Part shown: one piece after another, positions 43,529 through 53,649 of the stretch
How positions within the stretch are numbered: the stretch's first letter is position 1
Layout: every line of letters begins with the position of its first letter
NCBI GenBank assembly: GCA_963754655.1
Contig: CAVWGN010000001.1
Location: 1,984,001-2,048,000, forward strand
Direction: 5' to 3'
Length of the DNA stretch: 64,000 nucleotides
DNA from: an uncultured Chlamydiae bacterium
GTDB lineage: Bacteria > Chlamydiota > Chlamydiia > Chlamydiales > Parachlamydiaceae
Made by a program: the position numbers and the translations under genes
Notes under the pieces: model-generated
The model's input: only the letters and a program-made list of their open reading frames with translations
Told to the model about the DNA's origin: nothing
The model's database searches: none

Positions 43529-44439
43529 ATGCAAACTATACCCCTTTATTCACAAACAATGCAAAAAACTTCAAATGAAGCCGGCTTAAACATCATCCCT
43601 CATGAGGTGTATTAGGAATTATTTTTGATCGAGTTGTCAATCAAAGAAGCCAACCTTTACATGACATTTGTTCTATTTTACTCAGCTGTAAAAACTGGAA
43701 AAGAGTTCTTGAAAAGAATTCTTGTTTCCCATTATTGCAAACTTTTTTTTCAACTTAAAGACAACCATCGATCCACTATTACGTTTCCCTAAGAATGTAT
43801 CACAACTGAAGGGCAAAAGCAGCATTTTACCTCTCCGGAACTTAAACTGATCGATCGAGTAATCAGTTACCGAAGATTTGAAAAATTGTTAATGGTGGAT
43901 TCAAAATTATTTCATCCGAAGAGTTTATTTTTTTCTCTTTTAGATCGCTATCCATGGGATCCTGAAGTTTGCAAAAAGAGCGCCAATCCAAACATTCAGC
44001 ATATTGCTGAAGAACAATTATTTATTTTAAAGTCTTTTATATCGGTACTGATGAACAAAGATTGACCGTTATCAAAAATGAGTCTATCAAAGAACTTTAC
44101 CATGGCACTCGAGCTCAGTCATGGGAGGAGGTAGAAACATCTGTCATCTCTACACTTAAAAAATTTTTATTCAAGTTGCTCGCTATTTTGGACGTTCGGT
44201 TTTTTACATAGATGAAAACTTTAAAAAAGATCGAGAGATTCTCTTAGCTGCCGTTCAGCGATATGGTCCGGCTCTTCAATATGCAGATAAAAGCCTTAAA
44301 AAAGATCGAGAAATTGTCTTGGCGGCCATTCACAAATCAGCAAAATGGCTCTGCTCTTCACTTTGCAGATAAAAGCCTTAAACAAGATGAAGAGATTATC
44401 TTTGTTGCCATTCAGCAAAATCACCTTGTACAGTCTTAA
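43529..44439 (+). pseudogene. Frameshifted F-box/repeat paralog with a collapsed array (about 2 repeats)
   Basis: Full-length homology to neighbours with indels and stops; early 2-bp insertion GAGGTGTATTAGG shared with the 48075 copy. Confidence 0.85.
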
Positions 44440-44441
44440 AA

Positions 44442-44550
44442 AATTTCTCTAAACGTGAATCATAGACATCAACAGCTCTATTATTGGAATCAATCGTGCA
44501 AAAAAGATAGTTAGAAACAGCTGCTTGGTAGAAGTCAAACAAATTAAAAA
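44442..44550 (-). pseudogene. Decayed fragment of the ychF 5' coding region
   Basis: CATAGACATCAACAGCTCTATTATTGGAATCAATCGTGCAAAAAAGATAGTTAGAAACAGCTGCTTGG aligns with about 41578-41684. Confidence 0.8.
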
Positions 44551-44738
44551 ATAGTTTATGTCATTTACCCACCCATACTTTTAATAGCACTTTGTTCTAC
44601 TAGAACGAGAACGAAAAACTCTAATTTATCTTAACAACGCGATTAATTTATTGAATTATAATTTTGGAAAAAATATTATAAAAAATAATAAAGTTACATA
44701 TTAAACAATATTAAAATAAATAATTTAATTAAAGGATT

Positions 44739-46247
44739 ATGATGCAAACTACACCCCTGCATTCACAAACAATGCAAAACACTTCAAATGAAGCCTTCTT
44801 AGATACACTTCCTCATGAGGTATTAGGAATTATTTTTGATCAGGTTGTTAATCAAAGAAACCAATCTTTACGTGACATTTGTTCTATTTTACTCACCTGT
44901 AAAAACTGGAAAAGTATTCTTGCAAAAAACCCCTGTTTTTCATTACTGCAGACTTTTTTTCAACTCAAAAACAACCATCCATCCACCATTACGTTTCCCC
45001 AAGAATGTATCATAACTGATGAGCAACAGCAGCATTTTACCTCTCAGGAATTTAAACTTATTGATCAAGCAAGCGATGAACAAAGATTTAACAAATTGTT
45101 AATGGTGGATTCAAAATTATTTCACCCGAAAAGTTTATTTCTTTCTCTTTTGGATCGCTATCCATGGACACCTGAATTTTGTAAAAAGAGCGCCAATCCA
45201 AACATCCGGCGTATAGTTGAAGAACAATTGTCTATTTTAACGTCTCTTATATCAGGCACTGATGAACAAAGATTCGCTGTTATCAAAAATGACTCTATCA
45301 AAAAACTTTACTGTGTCAATCACGCTGTAGCATGGGAGAAGGCAGAAAGATCTGTCATCTCCACACTTAAAAAATTTCCCGATTTTAACGATAAAAAAAT
45401 CTTTATTCAAGTTGCTCGCCATTTTGGACGTTCGGTTTTTAATATACATGAAAGGCTTAAAAAAGATCGAGAGATTGTCTTAACGGCCGTTCAGCAAAAT
45501 GGCAATGCTCTTCAATATGCAGATGAAAGCCTTACAAAAGATCGAGAGATTGTCTTAACGGCCGTTCAGCAAGATGGCAATGCTCTTCAATATGCAGATG
45601 AAAGCCTTAGAAAAGATCAAGAGATTGTCTTGGCGGCCATTGAGCAAAGTGGCAATGCTCTTCAATATGCAGATGAAAGCTTTAAAAAAGATCGAGAAGT
45701 TGTCTTGGTTGCTGTTCAGAAAAATGGCATGGCTCTTGAATGTGCAGATGAAAGCCTTAAAAAAAATCGAGAGATTGTCTTGGCTGCCATTCGGAAAAAT
45801 GGCCATATTCTTCACTTTGCAGATGCAAGCCTTACAAAAGATCGAGAGATTGTCTTGGCTGCCATTCAGAAAAATGGCATGGCTCTTAAATATGCAGATG
45901 AAAGCCTTAAAAAAAATCGAGAGATCGTTTTGGCTGCCGTTCAGGAATATGGCCATGCTCTTAAATATGCAGATAAAAGCCTTACAAAAGATCGAGAGAT
46001 TGTCTTGACTGCCGTTAAGGGATATGGCTATGCTCTTCAATTTGCAGATGAAAGCCTTAAAAAAGATCGAGAGATTGTCTTGACAGCCCTTCAGCAAGAT
46101 GGTAGGTTTCTTCAATTTGCAGATGAAAGCCTTAAAAAAAATCGAGAGATTGTCTTGGCTGCCATTCAGCAAGATGGCCGCGCTTTTCGATATGCAGATG
46201 AAACCCTTAAAAAAGATGAAGAGATTATGTTGGCTGCCATTCAGTAA
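44739..46247 (+). CDS. F-box-like / DUF4116-like repeat protein (about 10 repeats)
   Basis: Core nearly identical to the 42096 gene; two additional repeats. Confidence 0.85.
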   Translation: MMQTTPLHSQTMQNTSNEAFLDTLPHEVLGIIFDQVVNQRNQSLRDICSILLTCKNWKSILAKNPCFSLLQTFFQLKNNHPSTITFPQECIITDEQQQHFTSQEFKLIDQASDEQRFNKLLMVDSKLFHPKSLFLSLLDRYPWTPEFCKKSANPNIRRIVEEQLSILTSLISGTDEQRFAVIKNDSIKKLYCVNHAVAWEKAERSVISTLKKFPDFNDKKIFIQVARHFGRSVFNIHERLKKDREIVLTAVQQNGNALQYADESLTKDREIVLTAVQQDGNALQYADESLRKDQEIVLAAIEQSGNALQYADESFKKDREVVLVAVQKNGMALECADESLKKNREIVLAAIRKNGHILHFADASLTKDREIVLAAIQKNGMALKYADESLKKNREIVLAAVQEYGHALKYADKSLTKDREIVLTAVKGYGYALQFADESLKKDREIVLTALQQDGRFLQFADESLKKNREIVLAAIQQDGRAFRYADETLKKDEEIMLAAIQ

Positions 46248-46320
46248 AATCACTTTGTACAGTCTTAAAAAGACATTTCAATACGGTAAAGAAGCTACTA
46301 AAAAATTAATTATAAGTATC

Positions 46321-48015
46321 ATGATGCAAACTATCCCCCTGCATTCACACGCAATGCAACACACTTCAAATGAAGTCTTCTTAGACACACTTCCTCATGA
46401 GGTGTTAGGAATTATTTTTGATAAGGTTATCAATCAAAGAAGCCAGCCTTTACATGACATTTGTTCTATTTTACTCACCTGTAAAAACTGGAAAAGCGCG
46501 CTTGAAAAGAATCCTTGTATCTCTTTAGTGCAGGCCCTCTTTCAACTTAAAGACAATCATCGATCCACTATTACTTTTCCTCAAGAATATATCACAACTG
46601 ACAAGCAAAAGCAGCATTTTACCTCTCCAGAACTTAAACTGATCGATCGAGTAATCGATGACGAAAGATTTGAAAAATTGTTAAGGGCGGATTCAAAATT
46701 ATTTCATCCAAAGAGTTTATTTCTTTCTCTTTTGGATCGCTATTCGTGGCGTCCTGACGTTTGCAGATTGAGCGACAATCCAAACATTCACCATGTGGCT
46801 GGAGAACAATTGTCTATTTTGGATTCTCTTATATTAGGCACGGATGAACAAAGATTGACCATTATCAAAAATGACTCTATCAAAAAACTTTACTGTGGCG
46901 GTCGAGGATTAGGAAAATATTTTCAGTTAATGAAATGGCAGCAGGCAGAAATATCTGTTATCTCCACCCTTAAAAAATTTCCCAATTTTAATGATAAAAA
47001 AATCTTTATTCAATTTGCTAGCTATTTTGGACATTCGGTTTTTAATATACATGAAAGCTTTAAAAAAGATCGAGAGATTGTCTTGGCAGCCGTTCAGAAA
47101 GATGGCGATGCTCTTCAATATGCAGATAAAAGCCTTAAAAAAGAGCGAGCGATTGTCTTAGCTGCCATTAAGCAACATGGCAAGGCTTTTAAATATGCAG
47201 ATGAAAGCCTTAAAAAAGATCAAGAGACTGTCTTGGCTGCTTTGCAGAAAGAGGGATGCAATCTTTACTATGCAGATGAAAGCTTTAAAAAAAATCGAGA
47301 GATTGTCTTGGCGACCGTTCAGAGAAATGGCTGGGCTTTTCCATATGCAGATGAAAGCCTTAAAAAAGATCGAGAAATTGTCTTGGCTGCCGTTCAGCAA
47401 TATGGCACTACTCTTTTCTATGTAGATGCAAGCCTTAAAAAAGATCGAGAGATTGTCTTGACTGCTGTTAAGCAAGATGGCCAGGCTCTTAGGTGCGCGG
47501 ATGAAAGCCTTAAAAAAGATCGAGAGATTGTCTTAACGGCCGTTAAGAAAAATGGCTGTGCTCTTCGATATGCAGATGAAAGCCTTAAAAAAGATCGAGA
47601 GATTGTCTTGGCTGCCGTTCAGCAATATGGCACTACTCTTTTCTATGTAGATGCAAGCCTTAAAAAAGATCGAGAGATTGTCTTGACTGCCGTTAAGCAA
47701 GATGGCCAGGCTCTTAGCTGCGCGGATGAAAGCCTTAAAAAAGATCGAGAGATTGTCTTAACGGCCGTTAAGAAAAATGGCTGTGCTCTTCGATATGCAG
47801 ATGAAAGCCTTAAAAAAGATCGAGAGATTGTCTTGGCTGCCGTTCATCAAGATGGCCGCGCTTTTCAATTTGCAGATGAAAGCCTTAAAAAAGATCGAGA
47901 GATTGTTTTGGCGGCTGTTAAGCAAAATGGACGCGCTCTTCGATATGCAGATGAAACCCTTAAAAAAGATGAAGAGATTATGTTGGCTGCCATTCAGCAA
48001 AATCACTTTGTATAG
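46321..48015 (+). CDS. F-box-like / DUF4116-like repeat protein (about 12 repeats)
   Basis: Start reassigned to MMQTIP at 46321 by paralog comparison; contains an internal duplication of three repeats. Confidence 0.85.
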   Translation: MMQTIPLHSHAMQHTSNEVFLDTLPHEVLGIIFDKVINQRSQPLHDICSILLTCKNWKSALEKNPCISLVQALFQLKDNHRSTITFPQEYITTDKQKQHFTSPELKLIDRVIDDERFEKLLRADSKLFHPKSLFLSLLDRYSWRPDVCRLSDNPNIHHVAGEQLSILDSLILGTDEQRLTIIKNDSIKKLYCGGRGLGKYFQLMKWQQAEISVISTLKKFPNFNDKKIFIQFASYFGHSVFNIHESFKKDREIVLAAVQKDGDALQYADKSLKKERAIVLAAIKQHGKAFKYADESLKKDQETVLAALQKEGCNLYYADESFKKNREIVLATVQRNGWAFPYADESLKKDREIVLAAVQQYGTTLFYVDASLKKDREIVLTAVKQDGQALRCADESLKKDREIVLTAVKKNGCALRYADESLKKDREIVLAAVQQYGTTLFYVDASLKKDREIVLTAVKQDGQALSCADESLKKDREIVLTAVKKNGCALRYADESLKKDREIVLAAVHQDGRAFQFADESLKKDREIVLAAVKQNGRALRYADETLKKDEEIMLAAIQQNHFV

Positions 48016-48074
48016 TCTTAAAAAATCATGTCAATGCGGTAAAAGAAGCGACTAAAAAATTAATTAAAAGGATC

Positions 48075-48810
48075 ATGCAAACTATACCCCTTTATTCACA
48101 AACAATGCAAAAAACTTCAAATGAAGCCGGCTTAAACATCATCCCTCATGAGGTGTATTAGGAATTATTTTTGATCGAGTTGTCAATCAAAGAAGCCAAC
48201 CTTTACATGACATTTGTTCTATTTTACTCACCTTTAAAAACTGGAAAAGAGTTCTTGAAAAGAATTCTTGTTTCTCATTATTGCAAACTTTTTTTCAACT
48301 TAAAGACAACCATCATCCACTATGACGTTTCCCCAAGAATGTATCACAACTGAAGGGCAAAAGCAGCATTTTACCTCTCAGGAACTTAAACTGATCGATC
48401 TAGCAAGCAGTTGATCAAAGCTTTAACAAATTGTTAATGGTGGATTCAACCGAAAAGTTTATTTCTTTCTCTTCTGGATCGCTATCCATGGGATCCTAAA
48501 GTGTGTAAAAAGAGCGCCAATCCAAACATCCAGCGTATAGCTGAAGAACAATTGTCTATTTTAACGTCTCTTATATCAGGCACTGACGAACAAAGATTGA
48601 CCGTTATCAAAAATGATTCTATCAAAAAACTTTATTATGGCAATCAAGCTCGGGCATGGCACGAGGCAGAAACATCTGTTATCTCCACTCTTAAAAGATT
48701 TCCCAATTTTAACGATAAAAAAATTTTTACTCAAGTTGCTAGCTATTTTGGACATTCGGTTTTTAAGATACATGAAAGCCTTAAAAAAGATCGAGAGATT
48801 GTCTTGACTG
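48075..48810 (+). pseudogene. Frameshifted, 3'-truncated F-box/repeat paralog
   Basis: Same 5' lesion as the 43529 copy; breaks off in the first repeat. Confidence 0.85.
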
Positions 48811-48960
48811 CCAGAATAAGGTGCAATTAAAGTATAGCCTAACAAAGAATAAAAGAAAAAAGACATTAAGAAATAGAAGAAGCGACAGATGAGACCTCTT
48901 TAGTCTTTTTTTTCTTTATGACACTTTAAAACCTACACTTTTATTGCACTTTTTTCTACA
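48811..48960. repeat. Diverged copy of the ychF upstream intergenic region
   Basis: CCAGAATAAGGTGCAATTAAAGTATAGCCTAACAAAGAATAAAAG... matches about 41801-41955. Confidence 0.8.
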
Positions 48961-49023
48961 TTAATCCGTTAAATTAGTTGTTGCTTATTAGAATGGTTTT
49001 AATTCCCTATGCGTTAAATTAAG

Positions 49024-49080
49024 AAGAGATGAGCTTGGGCTAAGCGACGTCCTCAGTTGCCGCACCGCTTTGCTCTGGGG
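49024..49080. repeat. Degenerate copy of the outer arm of the 17861 element
   Basis: AAGAGATGAGCTTGGGCTAAGCGACG...CCGCTTTGCTCTGGG. Confidence 0.75.
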
Positions 49081-49150
49081 CGAGATTTAACATCTAGCCT
49101 GTTTAAGCTTGCTGTTCTTCGGGTCATTTCAATTTAAACAAAGAATTATT

Positions 49151-50380
49151 ATGAAAACCATCTTCCTTCCTTCACCCACACTATCAAACATTTCAAACGA
49201 AGCTTTCCTCGATAACTCACTTCCTCAGGAATTATTAGGAATTATTTTTGATCAGGTTGTCAATCAAAGAAGCCAACCTTTACATGACATTTGTTCTATT
49301 TTACTCACCTGTAAAAACTGGAAAAATGTTCTGGAAAAGAATCCTTGTATCTCTTTAGTGCAAGCCCTGTTTCAACTTAAAGACAGTCATCCATCCACTA
49401 TTACGTTTCCCCAAGAATGTATCACAACTGAAGGGCAAAAGCAGCATTTTACCTCTCAAGAAATTAAACTCATTGATCAAGCAATCGATGACCAAACATT
49501 TAAAAAATTGTTAGTAGCGGATTCAAAATTATTTCATCCGAAGAGTTTATTTCTTTCGCTTTTGGATCGCTATTCATGGGATCCTGAATTTTGCAAAAAG
49601 AGCGCCAATCCAAACATTCAGCATGTGGCTGAAGAACAATTGTCTATTTTAAAGTCTCTTATATCAGGCACTGACGAACAAAGATTCGCTGTTATCAAAA
49701 ATGACTCTATCAAAAAGCTTTACTATGGCAATCACGCTCTAGCACGAGAGGAGGCAGAAAGATCTGTCATCTCCACCCTTAAAAAATTTCCCAATTTTAA
49801 CGATAAACAGATTTTTATTCAAGTAGCTCGCCATTTTGCACGTTCGGTTTTTAATATACATGAAAGCCTTAAAAAAGATTGTGAAATTGTCTTGGCTGCC
49901 GTTCAGCAAGATGGTTATGCTTTTTTCTATGCAGATGCAAGCCTTAAAAAAGATCGAGAAATTATCTTGGCTGCAGTTAAGCAAAATGGCTATTTTCTTC
50001 AATATGCAGATGAAAACTTTAAAAAAGATCGAGAGATTGTCTTGACTGCTGTTCAGAAAAATGGCCTGGCTCTTGAATATGCAGATGAAAGCCTTAAAAA
50101 AGATAAAGAGATTGTCTTGACTGCCGTTCAGAAAAATGGCCTGCCTCTTAAATATGCAGATGAAAGCCTTAAAAAAGATCGAGAGATTGTCTTGACTGCT
50201 GTTCAGAAAGATGGCCGGGCTCTTCAATATGCAGATGAAAGCCTTAAAAAAGATCGTGAGATTGTCTTAACGGCCGTTAAGGAAAATATCTATGCTCTTG
50301 TCTCTGCAGATAAGACCCTTAAAAAAGATCGAGAGATTATCTTTACTGCCTTTGCGCACAAGCACTTTGTACAGTCTTAA
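49151..50380 (+). CDS. F-box-like / DUF4116-like repeat protein (about 6 repeats)
   Basis: Start reassigned to MKTIFLP at 49151; leader resembles the cluster-1 genes. Confidence 0.85.
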   Translation: MKTIFLPSPTLSNISNEAFLDNSLPQELLGIIFDQVVNQRSQPLHDICSILLTCKNWKNVLEKNPCISLVQALFQLKDSHPSTITFPQECITTEGQKQHFTSQEIKLIDQAIDDQTFKKLLVADSKLFHPKSLFLSLLDRYSWDPEFCKKSANPNIQHVAEEQLSILKSLISGTDEQRFAVIKNDSIKKLYYGNHALAREEAERSVISTLKKFPNFNDKQIFIQVARHFARSVFNIHESLKKDCEIVLAAVQQDGYAFFYADASLKKDREIILAAVKQNGYFLQYADENFKKDREIVLTAVQKNGLALEYADESLKKDKEIVLTAVQKNGLPLKYADESLKKDREIVLTAVQKDGRALQYADESLKKDREIVLTAVKENIYALVSADKTLKKDREIIFTAFAHKHFVQS

Positions 50381-50439
50381 AAATCATATCAATGCAGTAA
50401 GAAAGAAGCGACTTAACCAGTGATATCGACGAATTCATA

Positions 50440-51285
50440 CTAGGGAGCGTACCTAAAAGATTAGCTATTGTATAATACAAGCGATCGTCAACATTCCTGC
50501 ATAATTTTGAGCTTTCATTTCGTATCTTATTCCAATACGCCTAAATCGTTTTATAAACTGAAAAAAATTTTCTACCAAGCAACGCTCTCTGTAGATATGT
50601 TTATCATGTTCAATTAGTTCAGCTCTTGATACTTTGCTGGGTATGACTGCTTGACTTCCCATCTTTTCTATAAAATTTCTGATTTCATTTGAGTCGTAAG
50701 CTTTATCAGCTATAACATTTTGTGGATTTTTTCCACTGAGTAAAAGCTTCATTTGAGTGCTCTCGTGTACTTGACCTTCTGTCAAGATAAAATCAATACA
50801 ACGACCTAATTCATCTGTTACTGCATGAATTTTTGTGGTTGTTCCGGCCCTTGATTTTCCCATGGCTTCTTCGGCTTTTTTTTTATCCTACAAGCATCTT
50901 GATGCGCTTCAACAATTGAGCTGTCTACAGAGTAATTTTCTTCGTCAATTTCATCTTTTAAAGCTTGCCAAATCGTTTGCCAGATTCCAGCCTTTGTCCA
51001 TCGATTAAAGCGATTATAACATGTGCTCCAAGGACCATACTTGGGTGGTAGATCCCTCCAAGCGGCTCCTGTTCTTAAAATCCAAATAATGCCTTCTAAA
51101 ATCTTACGATGAGGCCGACTTGGTCTGCCCCAATATCCTCGTTCTTTTGGCAATAAAGGTTTTATTTTTATCCATCTTTCATTAGTTAATACTATCCTAC
51201 TCATTCAAATTTCCCCCTTGTTTTATCAGAGAAAATTATAAATCATAAGAGTTATTATTTTAAATCTTTTAGGTACGCTCCCTAG
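50440..51285 (-). mobile_element. IS5-family element (IS427-like), two-ORF transposase joined by a frameshift
   Basis: Inverted ends CTAGGGAGCGTACCTAAAAGATTTA / TAAATCTTTTAGGTACGCTCCCTAG. OrfA 50818-51204 (ILRTGAAWRDLP..YGPWST); OrfB 50465-50863 (TTKIHAVTD, ADKAYDS, YRERCLVENFF). A9 run at 50876-50884 in the overlap region. Confidence 0.93.
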
Positions 51286-51430
51286 TGTAAACAATCTTTT
51301 TGCTATGGGAAAGAACCGATAATTTCTCTAAACGTGGACCATAGACATCGACAGCTCTATTATTGGGATCAATCGTGCAAAAAAGGATAATTAGAAACAG
51401 CTGCTTGGTTAAAAGTCAAAACATTAAAAA
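51282..51430 (-). pseudogene. Decayed ychF 5' fragment, continuing at 50408-50443 across the IS5 element
   Basis: Removing the IS restores ATATCGACGAATTCATACTAGTGTAAACAATCTTTTTGCTAT..., matching ychF about 41504-41684. Confidence 0.85.
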
Positions 51431-51621
51431 TCTTTTATATCGTTTACCAAACCACACTTTTAATGATACTTTTTTCTACTAGAGGGGAAAGAAAATCACT
51501 AATTTATTTCAGCAACTCCTAATTAATCTATTGAATTAGAATTTTGAATATTATATTATAACAAATAATAAAATTAAATTTTAAATAGCATTAAAACAAA
51601 CACTTTAATTACAGGATCATA

Positions 51622-53649
51622 ATGCAAACTACGCCCCTGCATTCAACAACAATGCAAAACACTTCAAATGAAGCCTTCTTAGACACACTTCCTCATGAGG
51701 TATTAGGAATTATTTTTGATCAGATTGTCAATCAAAGAAGCCAGCCTTTACGTGACATTTGTTCTATTTTACTTACCTGTAAAAACTGGAAAAGCGTTCT
51801 TGAGAAGAATTCTTGTTTTTCATTACTGCAGACTTTGTTTCAACTCAAAGGCAGTCATCCATCCACTATTAGGTTTCCCCAAGAATGTATCACAACTGAG
51901 CAAAAACAGCATTTTACCTCTCAGGAACGTAAACTAATCGATCGAGCAATCGATGAACAAAGATTTAATAAATTGTTAATGGTTGATTCAAAATTATTTC
52001 ACCCTAAAAGTTTATTTCTTTCTCTTTTGGATTGCTATCCATGGGATCCTGAAGTTTGTAAAAAGAGCGCCAATCCAAACATTCAGCGTATAGCTGAAGA
52101 ACAATTGTCTATTTTAAAGTCTCTTATATTAGGCACTGATGAACAAAGATTGACCGTTATCAAAAATGAGTCTATCAAAAAACTTTACCATAGCACTCAA
52201 GCTCAGTTACGGGAGGAGGCAGAAACATCTGTCATCTCTACTCTTAAAAAATTTCCCAATTTTAATGATAAAAGAATTTTTATTCAAGCTGCTCGCTATT
52301 TTGGATGTTCGGTTTTTAATGTACATGAAAGTTTTAAAAAAGATCGAGAGATTCTCTTAGCTGCCGTTCAGCGATATGGTCCGACTCTTAAATATGCAGA
52401 TGAAAACCTTAAAAAAGATCGAGAGATCGTTTTGGCTGCCGTTCAGGAATATGGCTATGCTCTTCACTATGCAGATAAAAGCCTTACAAAAGATCGAGAG
52501 ATTGTCTTGGCTGCCGTTCAGCAAAATGGCGATGCTCTTCAATATGTAGATGCAAGCTTTAAAAAAGATCGAGAGATTGTCTTGGCTGCCGTTCAGAAAC
52601 GTGGGAATGCTCTTCAATATGCAGATGAAAGCCTTAAAAAAGATCGAGAGATTGTCTTGGCTGCCGTTCAGAAACATGGCAATGCTCTTGAATATGCAGA
52701 TGAAAGTCTTAAAAAAGACCCAGACATTGTCTTGGCTGCCGTTCAGCGACATGGCGAGTTTCTTCAATATACAGATGACAGCTTTAAAAAAGATCGAGAG
52801 ATTGTCTTGGCCGCCGTTCAGCAAGATGGCAATGCTCTTGAATATGCAGATGAAAGTCTTAAAAAAGATCGAGAGATCGTCCTGGCTGCCGTTCAGCAAG
52901 ATGGCAATGCTCTTGAATATGCAGATGAAACCCTTAAAAAAGATCGAGAGATCGTTTTGGCTGCCGTTCAGCAAAATGGCATGGCTCTTGAATATGCAGA
53001 TGACAGCTTTAAAAAAGATCGAGAGATCGTCTTGGCTGACGTTCAGCAAACTGGCATCGCTCTTCAATATGCAGATGAAAGTCTTAAAAAAGATCGAGAG
53101 ATCGTCTTGGCTACCGTTCAGCAAGATGGCTATGCTCTTAAATATGCAGATGAAAGTCTTAAAAAAGATCGAGAGATCGTTTTGGCTGCCGTTCATAATA
53201 ATGGCATGGCTCTTCGACATGCGGATGACAGCCTTAAAAAAGATCGAGAGACCGTTTTGGCTGCCGTTCATAAAAATGGCATAGCTCTTGAATATGCAGA
53301 TGACAGCCTTAAAAAAGATCGAGAGATTGTCTTGGCTACTGTTAACCAAAATGGCAAAGCTCTTGAATATGCAGATGAAAGTCTTAAAAAAGATCGAGAG
53401 ATTGTCTTGGCGGCCGTTAAGGGATATGGCTATGCTATTCGATATGCAGATGAAAGCCTTAAAAAAGATAGAGAGATTATCTTGGCTGCCGTTCAGCAAA
53501 ATGGCTATGCTATTCAATATGTAGATGAAAGTCTTAAAAAAGATCGAGAAATTGTCTTGGCTGCCGTTAAGCAAGATGGCACAGCTCTTTTCTATGCAGA
53601 TGAAAGCCTTAAACAAGATGAAGAGATTATCTTGGCTGCCATTCAGTAA
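51622..53649 (+). CDS. F-box-like / DUF4116-like repeat protein (about 17 repeats, the longest)
   Basis: LPHEVLGIIFDQ...LLTCKNWK plus 17 full 25-aa repeats. Confidence 0.85.
   Translation: MQTTPLHSTTMQNTSNEAFLDTLPHEVLGIIFDQIVNQRSQPLRDICSILLTCKNWKSVLEKNSCFSLLQTLFQLKGSHPSTIRFPQECITTEQKQHFTSQERKLIDRAIDEQRFNKLLMVDSKLFHPKSLFLSLLDCYPWDPEVCKKSANPNIQRIAEEQLSILKSLILGTDEQRLTVIKNESIKKLYHSTQAQLREEAETSVISTLKKFPNFNDKRIFIQAARYFGCSVFNVHESFKKDREILLAAVQRYGPTLKYADENLKKDREIVLAAVQEYGYALHYADKSLTKDREIVLAAVQQNGDALQYVDASFKKDREIVLAAVQKRGNALQYADESLKKDREIVLAAVQKHGNALEYADESLKKDPDIVLAAVQRHGEFLQYTDDSFKKDREIVLAAVQQDGNALEYADESLKKDREIVLAAVQQDGNALEYADETLKKDREIVLAAVQQNGMALEYADDSFKKDREIVLADVQQTGIALQYADESLKKDREIVLATVQQDGYALKYADESLKKDREIVLAAVHNNGMALRHADDSLKKDRETVLAAVHKNGIALEYADDSLKKDREIVLATVNQNGKALEYADESLKKDREIVLAAVKGYGYAIRYADESLKKDREIILAAVQQNGYAIQYVDESLKKDREIVLAAVKQDGTALFYADESLKQDEEIILAAIQ

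Noticed and set aside
46099..46320. 74-aa N-terminal extension of the 638-aa ORF, or a fusion of adjacent effector genes
   Set aside because: The extension is the off-frame reading of the previous gene's repeats; paralogs place the start at 46321.
42096..53649. Diversity-generating retroelement acting on the variable codons (many are NNT)
   Set aside because: No reverse transcriptase or template repeat in the window, and variable codons include TGG, ATG, CAG and AGA, which adenine mutagenesis of AAY cannot produce.
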